Shown: in pieces, positions 13,234-25,693 of the stretch | How positions within the stretch are numbered: the first letter of the stretch is position 1 | Layout of the letters: each line of letters opens with the position of its first letter | NCBI GenBank assembly: GCA_964658305.1 | Contig: OZ210885.1 | Location: 8,432,001-8,496,000 of the forward strand | Direction of reading: 5' to 3' | Origin: Leptogorgia sarmentosa | Taxonomy: Eukaryota | Length of the DNA stretch: 64,000 bases | Position numbers and translations under genes: made by a program | Notes under the pieces: generated by a model | What the model saw: only the letters and a program-made list of their open reading frames with translations | Told to the model about the DNA's origin: nothing | Database searches by the model: none

Positions 13234-13610
13234 CATCAGCAGCAGCAACTGCACTTGTGGCTGCCCTGATGCTGTATGTTTCCAAAACCTCTTCACTTTC
13301 TTTGTCAATTATGTCAAGTTCAGCACTAGTTGGATTGAGAACATACAGGTATCTTTCGCCTTGGGCAAGTTTAATGGCAGCTATTGGTCCAGCGTATTCT
13401 GTTAATTGGACTGTTGTTTGATTGTAATATGTCTTCATCACTTCGTAAGTATCGCTACCACTTATGTAATTCGTCCAATAAACCACTTCCTTAGCCTCAT
13501 CGACGCTAACATCTCCAGGAAAACCACCAGCTGGAACAAATTCTGATGCCGTAGAGAGATTGTATCGTCCAATATCGCCATGATTGTCAGAGTTGGAAAA
13601 ATATAACACG
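13234..13610 (-). CDS. Receptor exon, second half of YWTD-like propeller 2
   Basis: cag/gtaag, phase 2-1; VLYFSNSD...VSVDEAKEVVYWTNY...YLYVLN. Confidence 0.88.
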
Positions 13611-13737
13611 CTGTAAGACAACATCAAAAAATCAAAAAAATGATATTCCATGAGGAAGGGATAAAGAAAATTATAAAGGAAATCTGATTGCATTTTAAAG
13701 GATCCAGAAGTTATGTAAAACGAATAGCCTGAATACT

Positions 13738-14248
13738 CACCCGTTAAACAAAGACCTCAACGGATAGTACCCGATATTTCTCAATTGAGAACATGGGTAA
13801 TGCCCACGCTGGACTATCGTCTAAGTAGCCTGGCCTGGTAAATTATGAAGAGTGATTGCCCGGGTCTATAATCCTATGCATTTAGCCAGGCCAGAGTGGT
13901 GAACAGCGAGCTGGATTTAGCTCAAGTGGTAAGGCACGCGGTGCGTGCGTTGCAGTTTGATAGTTCAAGCCCCCAGTTCGACACATTTTTTCAGAATTAG
14001 TGATTAAAACATTTTTTTCTCGATATTTTTCCCACCAGTCAGGGTTAGGATTCTAGGGTTTGGGTTGGGATTAAGGAAATTCTTATTATATAGAAAAATG
14101 GTTTATATCTAACACTAATATAACTATATCAAGAGTAATACTGAAACGCCGACCAGCAATCTTAGGCGATAGTCCAGCGTGGGCATTACCCGTGTTCTTA
14201 ATTGAGAAATATTGGGTACTACCCGTTGAGGTCTTTGTTCAACGGCTA
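13738..14248 (+). mobile_element. MITE with ~85-bp TIRs, 7-bp TSD, internal tRNA-like cassette (P-superfamily-like)
   Basis: GAATACT direct repeat on both flanks; CA...T(G/A) termini; A/B-box-like sequence 13908-13979 followed by a T run. Confidence 0.85.
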
Positions 14249-14644
14249 GAATACTACAGTAGTTATATGGTTGACAATACAAAGACACTATGATAATAAT
14301 AATAAATAAATGGAATCTTCATTGGAATTCTTAAACAAAAATTATTATAAATCTCACTAGTTTATATGTAAATTATGTTGATTACTTGAACCTATATAGC
14401 TATTTATGGTTCACAAATCAAACTGATTAAAAAATAATTTAGGAATGTATAATTATAAGATTTGTAGTAATACTAGATTCGTCCAGTCTATTTCCGCAAC
14501 TAAATACATACGTTATTTATTGCTCTTATCGCGATGGACATTATACAATAATGTTTTTTTCTCAAAAGAGCAATATTGACCAGAAAGCATAACTTTACAC
14601 CAATTGAAGTTTCAATTAGTGCAAAATGACAAAGTGAAACGTAC

Positions 14645-15026
14645 CGCGAGACTGCATCAAAATCAAGATCTCTTACGCCAGTAGCGTCAGGGATGATATT
14701 GGAAATGTCTGAGCTGTCTGATATTGGAAATCTCTTCAAATCGTTGTTAACCACACTTTTGTAATAAATGTACCTCGCTATATGATCAATGGTAAAAGCA
14801 TCAATGTCGATGCCCGATGAAATTACTGTTTGATTAGTTCCATCCAATTTCATAGTGTATAAAATATTGCCATCGTCAGTGAAATACAGCATTCCTTTAG
14901 TCAATTTATCATATTCCAGTTTTGCATTCGTAGCCGATGCTATGGTCGTGATGCTCAACCCGTTGCTTACGACATAAATTTCAGAAGCAGTAGCCAAGTA
15001 TATTGAGTCTATGTAACACTTCGGAT
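14645..15026 (-). CDS. Receptor exon, first half of YWTD-like propeller 2
   Basis: tag/gtacg, phase 1-2; DPKCYIDSIYL...MLYFTDDG...MKLDGTNQ...FTIDHIARYIYY...LDFDAVSR. Confidence 0.88.
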
Positions 15027-15379
15027 CTAAAGGAATCAAAGTAACTTCAAACGATTAAAAGATTTAAAATGTTCAAAATTTAGTTCCCTGTAAATAATGA
15101 AATTATATGGATCGTGTAGTGCATTTTTTTCACACCGCACTTACAATACCCAAAATTGGCAGAAGATTGATTAGCTGTCAATCTATTTTTAATCCAGCAA
15201 AGCAATCGTCTCATTTTTCAAACTGACGGCCTAAAGGCCGTTTCGCCCACGCAGCTGGGTAGGTTAATACGACTGAAAATAGATATCCACGCTGGGAGGT
15301 TCATATCTGCTGCGTAGAAATGAAAATCTCTATACATATATATTTTACATCAGTGCAGAAGGCCATTACTAACACATAC

Positions 15380-15499
15380 CTTCACAGACAGTTCCATTTC
15401 CTAAAAAACCGCTATTACAAGAACAAGTATACGAACCAATAGTATTAGTACATGTAGCATTCAAGTGGCAAACATGACCATTTACACATTCGTCAATGT
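15380..15499 (-). CDS. Receptor exon, calcium-binding EGF (absent from the ORF track)
   Basis: tag/gtatg, phase 1-1, 120 nt; DIDECVNGHVCHLNATCTNTIGSYTCSCNSGFLGNGTVCE. Confidence 0.9.
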
Positions 15500-15551
15500 C
15501 TATAAATGCAAAAAAACAATACTTCGCAAACTATGCCCAGAAAAGTAATTA

Positions 15552-17449
15552 CCCAGCTAGCACACAACGTTATCCCAACGTTGGTTAAATGTTGTATTTA
15601 GGTTAAGTCATGACTTAACGTAAATACAACATTCCCACCACATTGTTTTACTTATTTGAAATGACAACACGTTGGGTCAACGTTGTTGGAATGTTAAGTT
15701 TAACGTTCGATGATTAGATATTTTTACGTTATATAGTAACGTTGTATCCACGTTGGTTGAACGTTGTGATAAACGTTTGATAAAGGTGATATTTCGACGT
15801 CGTAAAGTTACGTTGTACTAACGTTGGTTGAACGTTAAGACAAACGTTTGATGAAGGTGATATCTTCACGTCGTATAGTAACGTTGTATCAACGTTGCTT
15901 GTACGTTGTGACTAACGTTAGATACACGTGATTTTTCGGTTATATAGTAACGTTGTATCAACGTTGGTTGAACGGTGTGATGAACGTTTGATAAAGGTGA
16001 TATTTCGACGTCGTAAAGTTACGTTGTACTAACGTTGGTTGAACGTTAAGATAAACGTTTGATAAAGGTGATCTTCACGTCGTATAATAACGTTGTATCA
16101 ACGTTGCTTGAACGTTGTCATGAACGTTAGATAAATAATATTAATAAACAAGAAAAAGCTTTGTCAATTTTGCGTGTGCTATTAAGTGCCACCAAAGGCG
16201 TAAACGACGAGATATTGGAAGATATTATTCCAATTGCGTTGGCATCTGTAGACCAACTTGACGAGTTATGTTTGCGTTTAAAAGATCTCTGGTCACAATA
16301 CGGTTTCAAAGGCAGAAAAGCAAAAAGACCATTTAAAGAGCTTGCAATATGCAAAGTTGTGAGTAAGTACAATTGAAGATGATACAACAGTTCTATTGTA
16401 TAGATGGTTGAAATTTCGGTCAGGTGGTTAGAATACTGACACCACGTTTTTTTTATTTTTATCTTCCATGTTAGAAGCATGCATGAGAGCTCAGAGAGAA
16501 ATTAAGGAGATAAATGTTAAGGAGCAGATTGGGGAAGTCTTGAAATATGCTGCAAGCAAGGCTGGAGGTTCCAGGTTCAAGGTAATAAACAAATGATTCT
16601 TCCTATTTTGTCCTAGTATGTTTGATGTATTAAATATTTGATGAATTATATGCACATGCAAATATACGTGTGTGTGCACGTAAAAGGCATTCACAGTTTG
16701 TAAATAGCTAGAATATGCATATTGATGTTGAATCGCTCTTCTTTGCAGAACCGTAAAAATCCGATAGCGGTGAATCAAAGTGGAAGTGGAACCATCGTCA
16801 TAACATGATATAACGTACATTTATGTTTAGAGTTTAGAGTTTTGTAGCTATATGAATAACTATGCTTGTGAATAACTCCCTTTTTTAGAAATCAATAAAA
16901 TGTTAAGACAATTTTTAATTGTTTTATATACATGAATTATTTTGCTACAATGGCCGACGTGGGAATGGAGTTCCAATTGTATCAACAAGCAGCCAAAGGT
17001 CTACTTTAAACCAAAACGATACAGAAACAGAAAGATCGACGTCTCGAGCAAAAAGCCTTCGTCGGGGAATTAGTATGCACAAAAGGTCGAATCTGTTTGC
17101 ATTTTTTATTACGGATTGTGCTAACTTTTCTAACGTTATTTGCACGTTTTTACAAACGTTAGTACTAACGTTGTTACCACGTTCCTACGAGTTCACAAAA
17201 AGACGTTCACACAACGTTAATTATAATGTTATCTAAACGTTGGACGAACGTCGAAACAACGTCGCTTGAACGTTGGCTTAAACGTTGAACGAACGTTATA
17301 ATAACGTTACTCCCAACGTTAGTATTAACGTTGTTACCACGTTCCTACGAGTTCACAAAAAGACGTTCACACAACGTCAATCACAACGTTATCTAGACGT
17401 TCGACGAACGTCGAAACAACGTTGCTACAACGTGATTGTGCTAGCTGGG
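15552..17449 (+). mobile_element. Non-autonomous CACTA/EnSpm (CMC)-like element
   Basis: TA|CCCAGCTAGCACA...TGTGCTAGCTGGG|TA; AACGTT-rich subterminal arrays (~59-bp units at 15700-16130; 17130-17435). Confidence 0.85.
16140..16808 (+). pseudogene. Spliced 3' fragment of a DUF4806-like transposon accessory gene
   Basis: Exons ..16362, 16475-16581, 16749-16808 with GT-AG introns join in frame: LWSQYGFKGRKAKRPFKELAICKVVKACMRAQ...EVLKYAASKAGGSRFKNRK; domain call by motif recognition. Confidence 0.55.
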
Positions 17450-17586
17450 TATACTACAGCTGAAGAATAGAGGGTTAGTATAGTTGTGTATACATTTTTC
17501 AAAATATATTGCGGCCTGAATTCGTTTTAGAAATAACTTTCGTCTTTTATACACTGTTTTTTTTAACAGTGTAGGGGTAATAGAGG

Positions 17587-18110
17587 CAGCCGTTGAACAG
17601 AGACCTCAACGGGTAGTACCCAATATGTCTCAATTGAGAACACGGGTAATGCCCACGCTGGGCTATCGTCTAAGATTGCTGGTCGGCGTTTCAGTATTAC
17701 TGTTGATATAGTTATTTTAGTGTTAGATAAAACCATTTTTCTATATACTAAGAATTTCCTTAATCCCAACCCAAACCCTAGAATCCTAACCCTGACCATT
17801 GTACTCATTGTGGTCGGAAAAATGTTGAGGGAAAAAACGTTTTCATCGCTAACGCTGAAAAAATGTGTCGAACTGGGGTTTGAACTATAAAACTCCAACG
17901 CACGCACCGCGTGCTTTACCACTTGAGCTAATTCCAGCTCGCTGCTCACCACCCTGGCTTGGCTAAATGCATATGATTATAGACCTGGGCAATCACTGTT
18001 CATAATTTACCAGGCCAGGTTACTTAGACGATAGTCCAGCGTGGACATTACCCATGTTCTCAATTGAGTAATATCGGGTACTACCCGTTGAGGTCTTTGT
18101 TTAACGGGTG
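17587..18110 (-). mobile_element. Second full copy of the 7-bp-TSD tRNA-cassette MITE (inverted)
   Basis: ATAGAGG TSD; CAGCCGTTGAAC...GTTTAACGGGTG; reverse complement of 13738-14248. Confidence 0.88.
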
Positions 18111-18399
18111 ATAGAGGAACTGTTAAAATTTTGCGTCATCAATAAAGTTTTGCTTGATGCCAGAAATGCACTCTGGTAAAAAGCCCATGCTGCCAACTTA
18201 TCCGTAATCACTGATTAATGTCAGTACTACATGCAAATAGCTGCGTTGATTCTATCACCGGCACTTGTTCAATAAAATACCAAATTTACAAGCGGTTCAA
18301 GTCGCATGGCTTGGTAAGAGCAGCTTTTTTTCTGACAGCAATCCTTTAGAAAAGGTATACTATTTACATACACACACAGTACAGGTGGAATAATCTTAC

Positions 18400-18782
18400 C
18401 ATTTGTGCCAATTATTTCTTTCGCTCCCGCAAAAACTATGAAGTTTTGAACAATTGTATCGGTTGCTTTATCAAACTTACGAATGACAGATTGAGTTGAA
18501 TCAAGTACATAATAGTAATTTCCAATTTGCGTAATTGCCGGTCGCCCAGATTGTCCAAATGAACTGCTGATAACCGTCGTATTACCATTGTAATCCGTCT
18601 TTCGTAACATCAAAGTTTTATCAGGGTTATAACTGATCCAGTAAATGATCCGGTTGCGTCTATCCAGTGTTAACCTGATAGATGAGCTGTTAGCGTTAAA
18701 CAACGTCCTCACTTCTCCACTGGTAATATTATAAACAACGAAATCTCTCTCGGAGGTGTCATCGGCAGCAAAGAATAACAGC
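18400..18782 (-). CDS. Receptor exon, second half of YWTD-like propeller 1
   Basis: cag/gtaag, phase 2-1; LLFFAADD...LTLDRRNRIIYWISY...YYYVLDS. Confidence 0.88.
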
Positions 18783-19373
18783 CTGGTGATAACGGTTATG
18801 ATAAACTTTCCAACATATTCTACATTTTGTTTTACATTTTGAAATATACATTTTTAATTATTATCTATTGATTTTTATATTTTATTCATTATACACTTGC
18901 GAGTTACACGAGGTAGAATACATCTTGATGTTTTATGCTCAATGAAGAACATAAAAGGGCTATTGGGGACAAATGGATGCAACAAACATTGCGCTCAATA
19001 CATAATATCATTGTTGTCAATTTCCTGGACGCTGATTGGCTAAAAAGCTTCAACAACTGTGCAAATTAATCTTTAATTTGCACAGTATGCAAATTAAACT
19101 TAATTGCACGATTTCGAGCCCGCGAACATTATAAAATCAAATAAATAAACGTTAAATCAACGCCAAAATTCTTGTTTTTTTTTGTCATTTATTGTCAACT
19201 TTGGACAAAAAAGGTTAGTGGACGTGTACTACAATGATATTAATAACGAAATTAAACTTGCTCTTCACGCGTGCAATTTTTCATTAATACTTCTCGAACC
19301 ATGTAATTTCCTATACTAATTTAGCACAAAATTAAAATTTCATGAAAAATTTCTTTATATTTGCAATACTTAC

Positions 19374-19752
19374 TGCATCATAGGATCCACTTGAATATCG
19401 GTCAGATCTTCGTTTCCGTCAGTGAGCAATTCCGTTAGACCTGTTCCATCAAAGTTTCTCGAGTTGCTGTAATCAGTTGCTGCGGAGACAAAGTAGATTT
19501 TTTTGTTCTCATCATCAACAGTGAATCGTTTTACGCCTCCACCAATTCTAAACAAATTCTGGATATCAGAACCATCCAGCTTCATTGATTGCAACGCCGT
19601 TGTCACTTCTTCGAAAACGTAGAGTCTTCTTGTGCTAACATCGTAACCCAACTTCGAATTGATTGCCGAGCGGATGACAGTACTTGCCCCACCACTTGAT
19701 GGCACATACATAACATGAGTAGCATTCGCATAAACAATATACTCTAGTTCAC
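19374..19752 (-). CDS. Receptor exon, first half of YWTD-like propeller 1 (most 5' coding exon identified)
   Basis: cag/gtaag, phase 1-2; ELEYIVYAN...LGYDVSTRRLYVFE...MKLDGSD...FTVDDENKKIYFV...IQVDPMMQ. Confidence 0.88.
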
Positions 19753-20026
19753 CTGAAATTTGAAAACGATTATCTCAAAACTCATTTGAGGATAATGGAA
19801 TCGCCACAATGACAATACAGCGTTTAAAAAATCTCCAAACGCGAGGATTTTAAAAAGCACGAAGGAAAATTCGGAGAAAAACAAAAAATTTACCTATTTT
19901 ACTTGGGTTATCTGGTGTTGAAGTGTTCCCAAAATTTGTCGAGGATTCAAAATAGAGACGAAAATGAATTGCTTATACTAGTGCATTGTCAGTGAAATCA
20001 GATACGCAGTGAATGTGGAACCTAAA

Positions 20027-20223
20027 TGCCCGTTTACACCGGAGATATTTTGCTGCGAATTTCTCATTTTGAACGATGCGAATTCGAAGGAGTTGATGAG
20101 AAATAAATGTTCCAAATAATGGAAACTGATAACAACATTGATAAGAAATCTACTCCTTCACATCATTCACAAGAAGAAAACCGCTCCTGAAATCGCAGCA
20201 GAATCACCCGTGTGAACAGGCCT
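20027..20223. mobile_element. Harbinger-like MITE
   Basis: Imperfect terminal inverted repeats gcccgtttacacc / cgtgtgaacaggc and inner tgctgcg / cgcagca. Confidence 0.5.
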
Positions 20224-21501
20224 TAACAACTGCATGCAAATTATAGAAACTTACAACTTGGAATTGGAATTATGCAAGTACGTTAACCAAAGGTGAGTGT
20301 TGATAAATCGACTGTACGAAATGACTAAAGGATTTCTTTCGCCTTAGGACACATATTTTTCTCTTCTTTTTGCGAAGAATGACTGTTGTTTCGGCTGGTA
20401 GTTGGTAAATTTTCATTGCATGGTGTTTCTATAGAATGGTTATTAGCGGCATGCCAACTTTTCCTTTCTCACTCTTTCTGTCTATTTTATGCTTAAAACT
20501 CGATTATAAATCATTTTACACAAAGTTACGTAGAGAAGTTCTTTGTCGTTTTCAGTTGCTTTAACAAGTGTGCTTCTCGTCTTTCCACTGTTTTACCCAA
20601 TCAAGTTACTTTTTTGGAGAACAGGGTAAAAAAGGGTAATTAAAATGACATGGATAAAAAAAGGCAGTTTTTCAAAATTACTTATACAACATCTTACTTG
20701 CGTTTCTTATAAAAACGAGCGCAGCAAACATGGCGATTAGAAATGTAAACATCTAGAAAGAAAACAGAAAATACGAATATATCAGGATATGATTATTATA
20801 GCATCACGAAATGGGTAATAAGAACAAGGTTTTGTGATTCCAAGTCGAGCTCAATTTGGCAAAAGAAAATATCCTGGGGTAATTGGCGTAATTTCTGGAT
20901 TGCTTTCGAAGGAACGTATGTTTCGATTACAGTTTTGAATTTCTTCGTAGTTTCAAGTTTCATAGTGATAAATTTTAAAAATGAGCGCTTAGCAAATATT
21001 TTGACCGTTACACTGTTAGAATGTATGCCTTCTATATAATTCTTTATTAGATACATCGCTAGAAATGGCGGACAATGGAACGAACGCATACGTTGTCCCC
21101 AGTCTCCCGGTTCACTCGGATATTGAAATTTTATTAAAAACTATATGGTCATCCATTTATTACATGAACAATAAAAAGATAAATTTTATCGAGTTTAATT
21201 GCATTCATTCAAAGACTCAATTTGATTTTTAATTTCCCGCGTAATCCACGCAACCCGCGTGAAAGCCCTCATGTCTCTATCGTGTTAAAGTGTTACTGCA
21301 ACGAATTTTTCGACCCCTTTTTTATTTGCTTATTTTAAAGTACTTACTCTCCGAATATGTTTACCGCAAACAGAATTAAAATTGCTCTTTTCAAACGGAT
21401 TTTATGGCCTTTCAAAGTTGCGATTTTTGGCTACTTCCGTGCGACATTTTCGACCACCATATTAATGCCGTGTGACGTCACAAGTGTAACACATTGTCAA
21501 C

Positions 21502-21789
21502 ATGGCGTATATTTCTAATAGACGTAAAGCTACTCGCGGAGGAAAACTCTGCGTTGCTGGCGGTCCTAACTTAGTTAGCTGCGTCAATGATAGCAAAACT
21601 GAAGGAGTATCTATGCATCTATTCCCTAATGAAGAAACAGATGCTCAGAGACGGAATAAGTGCGTGAAATTTGTCTGTAAACATAACCCGGGTTTTGACG
21701 CTACGGCGACCTCGTGCCTTCACTTCGAAGATTCGTGCTATGATATGAATCTAGAGTTAGCAAAATCGCTAAATATTAACTTGCTATGA
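21502..21789 (+). pseudogene. Truncated, degenerate THAP domain (Kolobok transposase N-terminus)
   Basis: CVAGGP...SC...SMHLFP...RNKCVKFV...CLHFEDSCY resembles the THAP C2CH pattern, with the conserved W replaced. Confidence 0.75.
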
Positions 21790-22111
21790 ATTGTGACTAG
21801 TTTCCTTATCAAATCAAATCAATTTATTCTGCCACAGCTTAAGTATTTACAAATTTAATAAATAGAAGGCAAGGAAGCCCAAAAGAAAGGGCCTATAAAA
21901 TTGGGCTCTTTTACATACACACTTGTTCTGAGATATTGAGACGGCAATGTGGAATCAATAATTATACTGATATCAATATATCGATACCAAAATTAACAAT
22001 ATATCATTACAGATGAATATTAAATAAAAGCAATAAAATATACATTCAAATTTAGCCTACGTCAGCTATTTTAATTAGGCTAAAGTCTAAACAGTCTTGA
22101 ACCTTCACTTA

Positions 22112-22343
22112 TCACTGTTCCAGAGTTATTCTACCGTCGCTTCTTTGTTCAATAGTTGCTGGCAACAATCCATCTGGATCTTCTGGAACACAATTCGTTT
22201 CCCCAGGTTCTGCTATAGGTTCGTCGTCGTACGCAAAGCAGTGCGATGTGACATGAACTAACCAGCCATCCGACACCGGGTCGTGCAGTTTCACTTGAAC
22301 TTTCACACGATTGCGGGTCTCCGCCAGACTCGTTACTCGACAT
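22112..22343 (-). pseudogene. Frameshifted first exon of a KolX-like second Kolobok ORF
   Basis: MSSNESGG...ESSSE, then frameshift to FAYDDEPIAEPG...QRSDGRITLEQ; convergent to THAP ORF; identity inferred. Confidence 0.45.
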
Positions 22344-25268
22344 GAGCAAAATATATTGTCTTAAAATGCCAATGGTCAAGTTTTGTTTCAAAAGATATTT
22401 TTTTCCGGCCAAAAAAGCGCGAGAAACACAGAGTATAGCTCTAACGCAATACAATTTACTAGTAGCTTCGCTAAACGTGTTACACTTGTGACGTCACAAG
22501 GTGACAAAATGGCGGCTGTTTTTGTCGCATCCGGTATCGAAGTTTGGAGGCGAAATTTAGTTACTTCCACTGAACGTACAAAAGTCATCTATACACCAAA
22601 TTTCATCTTTCGACCTGAATATTTATTTAAGGCAAAAAAAACGAGGTCGGAAAATTCGTTGCAGTAACACTTTAAATATACTCTCTAAATTCAGTAATTT
22701 TCTCGTTTAATCTGTCAACCGAAGCAGCAATTTCCTTGCGGTGCGTAAATTATCCCTATCTATCCTAGTTCAGGGATAGATAGGGATAATGGGAGTATAC
22801 AATTGAGGGATGTATCGGGATTCCAATGCCCCAATTTCTGGCGATGATATATATATTTAGACGTTCTGTGGAAGTGTTGTTTATTGATACACAACAAAAC
22901 ATTAGAAAAAACATCACTTTTAATGCCCATAAAAGCGCCACAGCCAAAATTGCCGACTTGATTGATACTGTAGCTCGAAAGATAATGCCGCGAAAATGCC
23001 TCCCCACCCCCCCCATTCCCCCCCCCATCCCCCCCCCCCATCCCCACCCCCCCCCCCCCCCCCAAAGCTACGAATTATTTTGAAAACTTGACTTCAATAC
23101 TGAATTAAATGTGCTGCACTATCCAATTCCCTTAAATTTTAGTAAAGTTTTGTAAAGATCAACTTTGTAATAATGTATTTGCATTTTTTGAAATTAATTA
23201 TTATGTATTTGCCTGTTTGTATGAGTGTTTGTATGAATAGTTACTATGAAAGGAGAAAGAGTGCTTTTTTAGTTACATTTCGTTTGCTAATCTCATAATC
23301 CCCAACTCATTTGAATACCTGGGAAACGGAAAGCATCATAAATTGATCTCCTTCAGATAATTCATTCAATTACGGGAATGCAATGCTATCAGCTGAAACT
23401 TTCCCCGTCTGTGAAATCAAATACATGGCAATGAAGTAGCAGTGCATTTGATTTACTTTGTTTTTTTCGTAATAAGATAAGCATCTTCTATTAACAGAAC
23501 TGCACGTTATGCCCTGCATGGCCGTAAAGTTTTTCAGAGTATAATATTTCCATAACAAAACAGGCGAACAAGTCATTCGGTCCTGTCTCAACAAGGAAGC
23601 CCTTGGAATAAACAATGGACAAGTTAATTAAAAAACTGGTTCCCATAAAGCATTATTCGAACAATTAGGCTTGTTTGGCTTACTAAAGTCTACAGTGTAG
23701 ACAAATTTATTTGTGATAGACACTCCACGCATGTCACTTTCCAACTTACTATACCAAAGGATAATACCGTAAATAGAAAGCTCACTGACATTCCATTATA
23801 TAGCCTATGCCTACATTCATACGTATATAAACACATCAAGAAATCAAATTACCAACTCCAGGATATCGTAGAACCTATATCTACATCCATTAATAGCCCA
23901 ATGTCAGTATTTAAATCCGACAAAGGAAACTATTCAGGAAGAAGCACGGAATGTACATTGGGACACAATGTAACACAACAATTCCCATCCAGGATAAAGA
24001 ATATCTGTATACCGTAAACAAGAACGGTAAACTCAACCAAACCTCAATCCAAGGAGGAGCTCAAACTTCATGAACACGTGAAAAACAAACTCAACAATTC
24101 AGCACCTAAAATTAGTTCGGCGTTTCTGAATCCGTCGCATCTTTAGCGACTTTCTCAAAATCGCAGCTGTTGGTCCATGTTTTGTAAGTGAGTATTTATT
24201 ATTATTATCTCCTTTAGTATCCTTTATTGAGTCCCCATGCAGATTTGAGATAGAGAAATTACTTTTAATCTGAGGATTCACAAAATTAATTCGCCAATGC
24301 TAATTAATTTTTTTTTCCGTAACTAACCTTTGCGTACTGTCGAGTATCCTATGTATAGTCCACAAACTGCCCAAGTGAAGATTAACGCACGATTTCTTTG
24401 CCCACAGTATGTAAGTGAATACGATGAGCGAATTATGAGTGAGTTTCGAACGGCCTGCTTCTGTGATAACAACTTCAATAAACCAATGCTTGCACAAACT
24501 ACGTGTACGCATTACCTGTCAGGTAAAATTAATAGTTTCCCCATCTTTAAAATTCACGTAATTGTAATAGTAGACGCGTATTGACTCACAACATGTTTGT
24601 TTTATATGGATGAAAGATTTTTTTAATTAAAATTTGTCATTTTTTTAATCCATGCATTTAATCCATGCATGGATTTTGTTAATCCAAAAGACAAGCTGTC
24701 TATCCTGGCCTAGGCTTCATATTTACACAGCTAATTCAACTGAGGTTTTCACGTGAACGTTAAAACTCTAAACTTCAAAACTTCGAAATCATAGCTCAAA
24801 TAGTTAGGAATCTTGAAATACAATATTCCATAACCTAGCTTAGCTACCTAAGTTAAGATCTCACTTGAGTGTAAGCCCATGCAATAGGGTTCAGTTACAG
24901 CTGTCACACATCAGACATTTCGGGTTATAATTATAAAGAATATAAAATGGAAAAATTAAAGGTCAGGAATTGTCCCGATCTTGACATTTCGTGAACTGCC
25001 TAGAAAAAGGAATTATATCATTTTTTAACTTTTTCAAGATGCGTTTTTATCAGTTTTGTGACGTTCATGTATTCATTTGAGCTATTATACTTTTGCATGA
25101 TTTCTGCGTGTGCATCTTCGCAAGCTTTCGCAGAGAGGGGGAGCTTTTGCTCCACCGAACCAGAGACGTGTTTGGTGATTATTCAGGCGTCGTGACGGTA
25201 TCATTGATGGTATCGAAATATTCTGTAATGTACTTGGTACTGAGCAAGAAAAATATGGGATTAATATC

Positions 25269-25340
25269 GCCGTGATCGTATAGTGGTTAGTACATTGCGT
25301 TGTGGCCGCAATAACCCAGGTTCGAATCCTGGTCACGGCA
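25269..25340 (+). tRNA. tRNA-His(GTG)
   Basis: GCCGTGA...TTGCG-TTGTGGC-CGCAA...GGTTCGAATCC...TCACGGCA; full cloverleaf. Confidence 0.93.
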
Positions 25341-25508
25341 TCTGTTTCAAACACAAAAAAGTATTGTAATCATCATTGCGGGCATCGTCACCGTTGAAGT
25401 AGTGTTTATTATTGCGTTGGATGCAGTGGTCTTGGCCAAAAAACAGATTTTGACCAAAATAATATCCATTATTTTATATTTCTTTTCTGAAGCTTTTCAA
25501 TTGTATCA

Positions 25509-25514
25509 GTCTTT

Positions 25515-25553
<39 letters not shown>

Positions 25554-25587
25554 TTAAAGGTTGTTGGTTCGAATCCAACCAGGGACG
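25509..25587 (+). tRNA. tRNA-Asn(GTT) with a 5-nt insertion at the variable loop (possible pseudogene)
   Basis: ccgaaattaaagg versus ccgaaagg in the 32200 copy. Confidence 0.8.
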
Positions 25588-25693
25588 TGTTTGGTGTGAT
25601 GTTATTCAGATGGCGTGACGGTAAATGTTATCGAATATTTTGCTTGGGGTTTTATACGCTTTCACAAAAGAGAACGTCTTGGTCTATAATTAA

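Larger units (their letters stand above)
21289..22671 (+). mobile_element. Internally deleted Kolobok DNA transposon, copy A
   Basis: TTAA|AGTGTTACTGCAACGAATTTT...AAAATTCGTTGCAGTAACACT|TTAA; THAP-like ORF on +, convergent acidic ORF remnant on -. Confidence 0.88.

Noticed and set aside
15700..16130. Regularly spaced repeats resembling a CRISPR array
   Set aside because: Units are tandem with no unique spacers, lie inside a TIR element, and there are no cas genes in this eukaryotic context
10055..19752. Calling the receptor LRP4/5/6 or pro-EGF
   Set aside because: No LDLa repeats, PPPSP or NPxY motifs, and the domain count differs
22760..23083. Gly/Pro-rich ORFs
   Set aside because: Artefacts of a poly-C tract (also 38853-38878 and 63007-63066), probably MITE remnants or sequencing noise
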